This document shows, piece by piece, positions 8,450 through 15,916 of a DNA stretch of 64,000 nt; within the stretch, counting starts at the first letter, position 1; each line of letters starts with the position of its first letter. The position numbers and the translations under genes are program-made. Origin of the DNA: an uncultured Solibacteraceae bacterium (GTDB lineage: Bacteria > Acidobacteriota > Terriglobia > 20CM-2-55-15); NCBI GenBank assembly GCA_964584785.1, contig CAZPBY010000045.1:2024-66023 (forward strand). The letters are read 5' to 3'. A model generated the notes under the pieces. It searched no databases. It had not been told where the DNA came from and saw nothing but the letters and a program-made list of their open reading frames with translations.

Positions 8450-9706
8450 ATGTTCCGATACACGCTCGTTGTGCTCCTGCTCGTTTCCGGGCAGGCGATG
8501 GCGACACCCCTTCAACAAGATGACATCAAGGACGCGCTGGCTCATGCCGAAGTGTTGTATTACGAGGCCAGGTTCCAGGACGCGATCCAGCTGCTGTCAC
8601 GAATCGACACGGTTCTCAAACCCGACGGCAATCGGCTCTCGGATAAGACCAACGTAAAGTTGCAGCTCGCGCTCGCTCACATCGGCTTGAACGAGATCAC
8701 CGATGCGAAACAGTTCCTTCGCGAACTCTACGCCCTCGATCCGGAGCGCCGGCTCGACCCGCTCGAGTTTTCGCCGAAAGTCATCGCTCTCGCCAATGAG
8801 GCGAAAGTGGAAGAGGATCAGAACCGGTGTCAACGAATCTACGCGGACGCCCAAAAACAGCTGGAGTACGGCAACGTGCCGGCTTTGGTGACGTTCATCA
8901 AATCCGAGAAGAAGTCTTGTCCCTCTCTGCAGGGCCTGGAACCCAACGCTGCAGAACTGGTTTACAAAACCGGCCTCGACGCGTACAAACGCGGCGACTA
9001 CGTGGGGGCTCGAAAACAGTTTCAAAGCGCGCTGCAGCTTTCGCCGAAACACGAAATGGCTTCTCAGTATATGGAGCTGGTGGACGGGAAACTGCAGATG
9101 GGTGTTGAACGGCTGTTTCTGGATTGGCAGAAGCGCTTTGATGCCCACGAGTTCGATCTCGCCGCCGCCGATTACAATCAGCTCAAAGGCCGTGACAATT
9201 CAGAGACGGGCGCGTTGGTGAATCAGATCCGTGGGGAGTATACGAACGCGCTATCCGCCCAGATCGATCGATGGAAGCTGGCCTGTTCGAGTGGTGACTC
9301 CGTAAGAATGGGCGTCATCCGCAACTACGTTTCACAGATGCTTCCCGAAGATAATTTTGCAACGGACCTTCAGGCGCAGATGACGTGCACGGCATCGCCC
9401 ACCAGTTGCCTGCGCATCGATCATCAATTGGCGATGACTCGACTGACCACTCGCGTGAACCCGGATATCAATCCGGCACTTCGATCGACGGCTTTGCGTA
9501 CCGAGCAACGCGTGAAGGTAGGTGTTCATATTGATCTGAAGGGCAACGTCTCCGTGACCGACGTGCAAGGCTCCAATCCGGCGATCAATGAGGCCATCAA
9601 GAACGCCGTCCTGCGATGGAGGTTTACGCCAGCTGTCGATGGCAACGGCGCGCGTTGTGTCGATACGGAAATTCCGTTCGTGATTCACGGCTCGAATCCG
9701 CAGTAG
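8450..9706 (+). CDS. Secreted TPR protein with C-terminal TonB_C-like domain
   Basis: SD AGGAG; signal peptide; TPR-like helices; C-terminal VKVGVHIDLKGNVSVTDV...INEAIKNAVLRWRFTP. Confidence 0.7.
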   Translation: MFRYTLVVLLLVSGQAMATPLQQDDIKDALAHAEVLYYEARFQDAIQLLSRIDTVLKPDGNRLSDKTNVKLQLALAHIGLNEITDAKQFLRELYALDPERRLDPLEFSPKVIALANEAKVEEDQNRCQRIYADAQKQLEYGNVPALVTFIKSEKKSCPSLQGLEPNAAELVYKTGLDAYKRGDYVGARKQFQSALQLSPKHEMASQYMELVDGKLQMGVERLFLDWQKRFDAHEFDLAAADYNQLKGRDNSETGALVNQIRGEYTNALSAQIDRWKLACSSGDSVRMGVIRNYVSQMLPEDNFATDLQAQMTCTASPTSCLRIDHQLAMTRLTTRVNPDINPALRSTALRTEQRVKVGVHIDLKGNVSVTDVQGSNPAINEAIKNAVLRWRFTPAVDGNGARCVDTEIPFVIHGSNPQ

Positions 9707-9861
9707 CTCCGGCATCAGCCCGTCACGGTCATCACGACTTGCGGCGGGCTTCCATCCGCACGGTAACCTTCCACCAACTTCCACGGTATCTACTCTCGTC
9801 CAGAAAAATTGCCAACCGTTATGGGACGTGCCACGTCCTGTTCTAAAGAACGTGAGGCACC

Positions 9862-10920
9862 ATGCGCATTTTTTTATTGCTGTTACAAGTGTCGCTTTCC
9901 ACACCGAGTGTGCTCGACCAGTTGTGGCTTCAAGGAAGGCATCAGCTGAGCCAGGGACAGTACGTCGAGGCAAGTCAAACACTGCGAGCGGCCGTGCATG
10001 AAGCGGAGAGTTCGGGTGCAAATCCGACCTCGCTCGGTGTGGTGCTGAACGACCTCGCGGAGACCTGCCGTCGTTTGGGGAACTATTCCGAGGCGGAAAC
10101 TCTGTACGATCGGGCCATCGAAATCCTGAAGGGGCAGCCCGAGGTATCCGCTGAGCTCGTACTGGTGCTGGGAAATCAGGGCACCATGTATCGCGAAACC
10201 GGACAGGGATTGCGTTCTGCCGCAGCGTTCGAACGATCATTGGCCATCGCCAAAAAGGCGCATCTCGATCGGGAACCCATCATTGGCGCGATTCTGAATG
10301 GTCTGGCCGCGGCCATGATTTCATCCCAAGGAGATCTGAAAAAGGCGGAACGGTTGCTAGAGCAATCCCTGCGGATTCGCGAAACGGCTCTGGGACCGGA
10401 GCATCTCGACGTCAGCGAAACGCTCAACAATCTGGGCACGGTCTTGTATCAGCGCAAGGACTACACGAGAGCAGAGACGGCTCTGGAGCGTGCGTTGGCG
10501 ATCACGGAAAAGCATCTCGGCAGTGATCATCCCGACGTTGCCGTGACACTCAGCAACCTCGGCATCCTCCATATCGACAGGCAGGAATATGACGCAGCCG
10601 AGAAGGCATTCCGGAGAGCCCTGGAGATTCGTGAGGCCCGGCTGCCTGCCGATCATCCGGCTATCGCCACGAGCCTTCTGAATCTGGCCCGGGTGCTGAT
10701 GAATGAAAACCGGAGTGAAGAGGCGCAGTCGATGCTTCAGCGAGCAGTCGCGATCCGCAATCAGAGACCGCGCGATGCCGATCCGGAAGCCGTTCTCATG
10801 CTGGAGCAGTACGCGGCGGCCTTGCGGCTGAACGGCTACGGCTCGGATGCCGCCGCGGTCGAAATCCGCGCGAAACGAATGCGCGCGGAGCTGAAATACG
10901 TCGTGCGGGCGTTGAAGTAG
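9862..10920 (+). CDS. Tetratricopeptide-repeat protein (kinesin-light-chain-like 42-aa TPRs)
   Basis: Repeats such as LGPEHLDVSETLNNLGTVL, LGSDHPDVAVTLSNLGIL and LPADHPAIATSLLNLARVL. Confidence 0.9.
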   Translation: MRIFLLLLQVSLSTPSVLDQLWLQGRHQLSQGQYVEASQTLRAAVHEAESSGANPTSLGVVLNDLAETCRRLGNYSEAETLYDRAIEILKGQPEVSAELVLVLGNQGTMYRETGQGLRSAAAFERSLAIAKKAHLDREPIIGAILNGLAAAMISSQGDLKKAERLLEQSLRIRETALGPEHLDVSETLNNLGTVLYQRKDYTRAETALERALAITEKHLGSDHPDVAVTLSNLGILHIDRQEYDAAEKAFRRALEIREARLPADHPAIATSLLNLARVLMNENRSEEAQSMLQRAVAIRNQRPRDADPEAVLMLEQYAAALRLNGYGSDAAAVEIRAKRMRAELKYVVRALK

Positions 10921-10959
10921 TCGATGTGAACGTGCTGACGAACTGACGAATCCGCGGTC

Positions 10960-12285
10960 TTATCTCGAACTGCGGCCCACCCATTCGGCGCTCAGCTTTG
11001 CGCGATCCACCTGCTGGCCGCGCAGATACACGCGGGAGATTTTTCGCGTATTCGTAATGCTCTCCAGCGGATTCGCGTCCAGCACGATGAAACTTGCCGC
11101 TTTCGTATTGGCGATCGTTCCGTGATCCGTCAAACGCAGGATCTGCGCCGAGTTCCGCGTGGCGTCGGTAATCGCCTGCGACGGCGTCAGCCCCGTGGAG
11201 ACCATATCCGCAAGCTCCTGATGCGCGGTGTAGCCGGTGCCGGCGCCGTCTTCACCAAAACCAATGAGCATTCCGGCATCCGTCAGTCTCTTCAAGTTTC
11301 GCGCTTGAATGCCAAACGCATCCTGCGTGCGCTTGAGCTGCTCCGGCGTACGCCGGGAATCCGCGTCGTTCATTCGCGCGAGTTCCGAGGCGATGACGGT
11401 GTCCGCGAGCCACGCGTTATCTTCGACCACACCGCGATCCGGAAGATTGGGGATGAGGAAAACGTTGCGCCGGGCTTTGACCATTTGAATGAACTCGTCA
11501 TCGACATCCTTGTCCCTGACGCTATGCATGAATCCGTCGATGCCGGATCGCAGCAGTTCCTTCGCATCCGACAGCGCAAAGATGTGAGCCACGACGCGAA
11601 GGTTGTTTTTGTGTCCTTCATCAATGATGTGACGGTAGATCTCCGGTGGCAGGATTTTGACGGTGCCGCCCCGGTCGTCCACCCAGATCTTCACGAAATC
11701 GACTTTCTTTGCGGCGAGTTCTCTCACAGCTTTCCGCGCTTCCGCTTCATTCGTGACGCCGTAAGGAACGTCGACGCGCGTACCTTGCGGACCGCCTTTC
11801 GGCAATGCCATGCCAAGGCCCGCTGTCCGCAGCAGCGCCGCTCCCGGAATGGGGTTCGCGCGAAGTTCATACGCGACTTCGCCTTTGTCGATTCCCATGC
11901 TGGCAATGGCAGCGACGCCGTAATAACCGTATCGCTGCAACGCTTCGATCATGTTTTCACGCGAATACACCTCCGGCGGGTTCGCAATCTTGAAGGTGCT
12001 CCAACCGGGATGCGTGTGGACGTTGATCAACGCCGGCATCACTGTCTTGCCGGACAGGTCGACGCGGGCCGCGCCCGCCGGCGCCTGGACCTGACCACGC
12101 CGTCCGACTGCGGTGAATCTTCCATTCTGAACGACAAAAGCGGAATTCTCGATCGGCGCGGTTCCATCGCCCACAATCAGACGCGCCCCTTCAAAAACGG
12201 TCGCGCCCGGCTGTTGTTGCCCGCCTGCGGTTCCAATGGTTAACGCGATCGCGATAAACAATATCGCCAACGTCTTGGATTTCAT
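10960..12285 (-). CDS. Secreted amidohydrolase-family protein (imidazolonepropionase-like)
   Basis: Signal peptide; VDLSGKTVMPALINVHTH, VKIW, RVVAHI, GFMH, GFGEDG, A.FIVLDANPL..I.NTR.I..VYLRG. Confidence 0.85.
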   Translation of the reverse strand: MKSKTLAILFIAIALTIGTAGGQQQPGATVFEGARLIVGDGTAPIENSAFVVQNGRFTAVGRRGQVQAPAGAARVDLSGKTVMPALINVHTHPGWSTFKIANPPEVYSRENMIEALQRYGYYGVAAIASMGIDKGEVAYELRANPIPGAALLRTAGLGMALPKGGPQGTRVDVPYGVTNEAEARKAVRELAAKKVDFVKIWVDDRGGTVKILPPEIYRHIIDEGHKNNLRVVAHIFALSDAKELLRSGIDGFMHSVRDKDVDDEFIQMVKARRNVFLIPNLPDRGVVEDNAWLADTVIASELARMNDADSRRTPEQLKRTQDAFGIQARNLKRLTDAGMLIGFGEDGAGTGYTAHQELADMVSTGLTPSQAITDATRNSAQILRLTDHGTIANTKAASFIVLDANPLESITNTRKISRVYLRGQQVDRAKLSAEWVGRSSR

Positions 12286-12397
12286 GAGGAATTCCTCCGG
12301 AGGCTTGCATCATATTGCGCATTGCGAGCAAAATCAGTCACAAATTCAACACAAAGAAACAGACCTTAACTTTTCGCGCAATGGAGGAACCCAAATC

Positions 12398-13822
12398 ATG
12401 CACGAGGATCTCTGTTTCCAAACCGTAAGCGAACTGTCCAGGCAGATCGCGTCCAAGAAACTGTCGCCGGTTGAACTGACGAAGGCATATATCGAGCGAT
12501 CGGAGGAATTGAATCCGAAGCTGGCCGTGGTTCTCACGCTGACCCGGGAACACGCGATGCAGCGCGCGGCCGTGGCGGAGCAGGAAGTGCGGAGCGGGAA
12601 GCTGCGGGGGGCGCTTCACGGCATTCCGTACGGTGTGAAGGACCTGTTGGACACGAAAGATATCCGCACCACGGGCGGCTCGTCGATCTACAAGGATCGC
12701 GTTCCCGACCGCAATGCTACGGTTATCGAGAAGTTGAACAATGCCGGCGGCATACTCATTCAAAAGCTCGCGATGTCCGAATTCGCCAGCGGCGGGCACA
12801 ACGAGATGCTGGCGCCCGTGCCGCACAATCCGTGGAGGCTCGATCGATCGCCAGCCGGATCGTCCAGCGGGCCCGGCGCATCCACGGCCGCCGCGCTGAA
12901 TGGATTTTCTATGGGTTCCGAGACCGGCGGTTCCATCATGGGTCCTTCGGGAGCGAATGGCGTCAGCGGCATCCGTCCCACGTACAGCCGGGTCAGCCGA
13001 TACGGCGTTATGACTCTCGCCTGGAGTCTGGACAAGATCGGGACGCTGGCTCGTTCGATCATCGACGTCGGAATCGTTCTCGAGGCTGTCGCCGGCCACG
13101 ATCCGAAAGATCAAACGTCCAGTCCAACGTCGGCGTTCAAGTTTCGGCCGGATCCGGGCCGGGTCGCCGGCCGCAAACTCGGAATCATTCGATCCGAGTT
13201 CGATGCCGTTCCGCCGGAGAACCGCGCCATTTTCGCGAAAGCGCTCGATGTGCTGAAGCAGGCGGGATTCGTTCTCGAGGACGTCACGCTGCCCGATCTG
13301 CCATACGGTTTGATTCAAGCGGAAAGCAGCCGAACGGAAGGCGGAAGTTACTACAAGAACCTTTTCAACAATAAGACCATCATTCAGTATTCCGATCCCG
13401 TCAAACGCGCCGACTGGATGGCCGCCAGCATGATGCCGGCGTCCGATTACCTCCAGGTGCAACGCATTCGGGCCTTGATCCGCATCAAGGCTGATGAAGT
13501 CGCCGCCAAATATTCCGCCTTGCTGGCTCCAACCAACGAGCGGGGCTCCGGTCCGATCGAACGGCCGGTTCGAACACGAGCCGCGGATGCGCCGTCGCCT
13601 GAGACTGTTTCGGTGGCGAAGCTCAACACGATGGGTAATCTTGCCGGACTGCCGGGGATATCGATCCCGTGTGGTTTCGACGCTGACACCATGCCGCTCG
13701 GTCTGCACATCGCCGGTAAAGCCTGGGACGAACAGTCATTGTTCGACGTTGGAATGGTCTTTCAGAAAGAAACGGACTTTCATCGCCGCCGACCGGCAAT
13801 GACGCCCGGGTCGAGCGAATAA
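12398..13822 (+). CDS. Amidase-signature (GatA/AtzE-like) amidase, no signal peptide
   Basis: SD GGAGG before ATG 12398; YGVKDL (Lys), GSSSG, GSETGGSI (Ser-cisSer-Lys triad). Confidence 0.9.
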   Translation: MHEDLCFQTVSELSRQIASKKLSPVELTKAYIERSEELNPKLAVVLTLTREHAMQRAAVAEQEVRSGKLRGALHGIPYGVKDLLDTKDIRTTGGSSIYKDRVPDRNATVIEKLNNAGGILIQKLAMSEFASGGHNEMLAPVPHNPWRLDRSPAGSSSGPGASTAAALNGFSMGSETGGSIMGPSGANGVSGIRPTYSRVSRYGVMTLAWSLDKIGTLARSIIDVGIVLEAVAGHDPKDQTSSPTSAFKFRPDPGRVAGRKLGIIRSEFDAVPPENRAIFAKALDVLKQAGFVLEDVTLPDLPYGLIQAESSRTEGGSYYKNLFNNKTIIQYSDPVKRADWMAASMMPASDYLQVQRIRALIRIKADEVAAKYSALLAPTNERGSGPIERPVRTRAADAPSPETVSVAKLNTMGNLAGLPGISIPCGFDADTMPLGLHIAGKAWDEQSLFDVGMVFQKETDFHRRRPAMTPGSSE

Positions 13823-13838
13823 AGAAATCGGAGGAACG

Positions 13839-14144
13839 ATGAAAACATCAAGACGTCAATTTGGAAAAATGCTCGGCGTGTCCCTGGTTGCGCCCGCCGT
13901 CGTACCCGAGATCGGGTTGTCTTACATCGAACGCGCCGAACTCGAAGTGGAACAAACCGGCGAGGTGTCTGCCGAACTGACACTGGCGCTGCTCGATGCG
14001 CAGGGAGCCCGGGGAATCTTTACGGAAGCCGAACACTTTGAGGAGTTGAGACGGTCGCTGGCGCGCAAGATTCGCGATCACAAAATTATTCGCGAATTCC
14101 CGGTTCCGGCCGATATCGAGCCGCTGCTCGCGTTCCGCCGTTAA
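13839..14144 (+). CDS. Small Tat-signal protein, GatC/AtzG-like partner of the upstream amidase
   Basis: SD GGAGG; SRRQFGK twin-arginine motif; resembles the N-terminal extension of the amidase at 46457-48283. Confidence 0.65.
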   Translation: MKTSRRQFGKMLGVSLVAPAVVPEIGLSYIERAELEVEQTGEVSAELTLALLDAQGARGIFTEAEHFEELRRSLARKIRDHKIIREFPVPADIEPLLAFRR

Positions 14145-14157
14145 TAGCCGGCTGTTC

Positions 14158-15501
14158 ATGAAGATCACGCGTGTTCTCGCTCTTGTGTTCCCGGTGATTT
14201 CGTTATCGATCGTTGTTGGATGCGGACGGCTTTTGCCGGATTCGACAAACATCGATGCCGGAATCGCCGCGGAGATCAATCAGACTCGCATTGTCGACAA
14301 TCATGCGCATCCGGTGCGTGTCACATCGAAAGACGAGAAGCCGGATCGGGAATTCGACGCGCTGCCGGTCGACAATATGGAACCCTCGTCTGTGCCGCTT
14401 CAGTTGCGGCCGACCGATCCCGGCGTTGTCGCGGCCTGGCAGGCGTTGTGGAATTACCCTTACGCGGACGCTTCACCACAGCACATCAGCGAATGGCGAT
14501 CGCACAAACAACGGATCATGGAGCAGAAGGGCAGTGCCTATCCCGGCTGGATCCTCGACCGCGCCGGCGTGGACGTGATGATCGCAAATCGAGTGGCGAT
14601 GGGAAACAGCATTGAGCCTCCGCGTTTTCGATGGGTGCCCTATGCCGACACTCTCATGTTCCCATTGGACAATTCTCATCTCGCACAAAAGAATTCCGAT
14701 CGAAAGGCATTTTTCGCACTCGAGGCCGTCGTACTGCAACGGTTCCTCAGGGAAGCAAAAATCGAAACGTTGCCGAAGACTCTGGGCGAATATCTGAGTG
14801 TCGTCGTGACTCCGACGCTCGAACGTCACAAACAAGGCGGAGCGATTGGCGAGAAGTTCGAGGCGGCATACCTGAGATCTCTTTCGTTCGACAAGGTCGA
14901 GCGGGCGGATGCAGACCGCATCTACGCGAGCTTCCTTGGAAAAGCGCCGCCTGCCGACGAAGAATACAAGCGGCTTCAGGATTTCCTGTTTCGCTTCATC
15001 GCCGCCGAATGCGGACGTCTGGGGCTGGCGGTTCACATCCATACGATGGCCGGAGCCGGCGGTTACTTTGATGTGTCGGGCGCGAGTCCGTTGGGATTGG
15101 AACCCTTGTTTAACGATCCGGAATTGCGCAAGACGAATTTCGTTATGGTCCACGGCGGCTGGCCCTTCATCAAAGAAATCGCCGCGATGCTGACCAAACC
15201 GAACGCGTATCTGGATTATTCAGCGCAATCCCTGCTCTTCGCTCCGGCAACCCTGGCGCAATCCATAAGGGAGTGGCTCGAGCTTGTGCCCGAGAAAGTG
15301 ATGTTCGGAACGGATGCGTATCCGTACAGCGATGAAATCGGCTGGGAAGAGTCCGCCTGGCTTGGCGCCAAACGCGGCCGCGAGGCGCTGGCCCGCGCCC
15401 TGACGTCGATGATGCGCGATGGAGAAATCTCACGCGACCGTGCCGGTGAACTCGCACGCATGGTCCTCCGCGACAACGCCACGGCTCTCTATGGATTTTG
15501 A
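14158..15501 (+). CDS. Amidohydrolase-family (amidohydro_2-like) protein, possible lipoprotein
   Basis: Signal peptide with IVVGC; IVDNHAHP, VHIHT, VMVHGGWP, KVMFGTDAY. Confidence 0.85.
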   Translation: MKITRVLALVFPVISLSIVVGCGRLLPDSTNIDAGIAAEINQTRIVDNHAHPVRVTSKDEKPDREFDALPVDNMEPSSVPLQLRPTDPGVVAAWQALWNYPYADASPQHISEWRSHKQRIMEQKGSAYPGWILDRAGVDVMIANRVAMGNSIEPPRFRWVPYADTLMFPLDNSHLAQKNSDRKAFFALEAVVLQRFLREAKIETLPKTLGEYLSVVVTPTLERHKQGGAIGEKFEAAYLRSLSFDKVERADADRIYASFLGKAPPADEEYKRLQDFLFRFIAAECGRLGLAVHIHTMAGAGGYFDVSGASPLGLEPLFNDPELRKTNFVMVHGGWPFIKEIAAMLTKPNAYLDYSAQSLLFAPATLAQSIREWLELVPEKVMFGTDAYPYSDEIGWEESAWLGAKRGREALARALTSMMRDGEISRDRAGELARMVLRDNATALYGF

Positions 15502-15916
15502 GCAAGAAGTGGCACCAGGTGCAAGATTCGCCGGCCGTTGAGTGTGCTTCAGATACACTTCCGTTCTAGTTCTGTCGGTACTTTCGAACGATTGTTCGGT
15601 TGCGAGTTAAGAATCTAGACTGCGCGCGGATCTATTCAGCGACAGCACTCCCGTTTCTTTGCACTGCGCAGGAAAGGCGCAAGTAAACGGTTCGCCGTTG
15701 CCAATTGTTGCAGGAGGCAGGCCGGTGGACGACTCCGGACATGTACCATCACATCCTATCGTGTTGCTTTTCCAGAAATTCTGGTCAGCAGCATCTTGAA
15801 ATCGGAATGTGTGGGGCCTCGAAGCGACAAAGATCGACCAGGGATGGTCACTAACTCAATTCAAGAGCGTGACCCTTTCACGGGTTGCTTTGCGCTTATT
15901 GCTTCAGAGGGAAACG

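Noticed and set aside
9824-9851. Palindromes GGACGTG-C-CACGTCC and GTTC-N4-GAAC upstream of the TPR gene as a LexA or other operator
   Set aside because: The arrangement does not match the LexA boxes I know (GAAC-N4-GTTC, GTTC-N7-GTTC), and a single short GC-rich palindrome is not enough support.
11122-13708. Long opposite-strand ORFs (11122-12243, 12338-13708; likewise 29136-30203, 38868-39974, 41824-42801, 44233-45195)
   Set aside because: They overlap well-supported genes antisense, have no motifs and are typical of high-GC shadow ORFs.
12398-14144. gatA/gatC of the tRNA-dependent amidotransferase
   Set aside because: There is no gatB, the gene order is reversed and the small protein has a Tat motif incompatible with a cytoplasmic role.
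15508-15525. Sigma-54 promoter TGGCAC...TGC
   Set aside because: The GG and GC are separated by 8 nt rather than the required 10.
15660-15760. c-di-GMP-I riboswitch upstream of the adhesin-like operon
   Set aside because: GGAAAGGCGCAAG looks superficially similar, but the GGCAAAC...GAAA...GACGCAAA...GGUCUAA core is absent.
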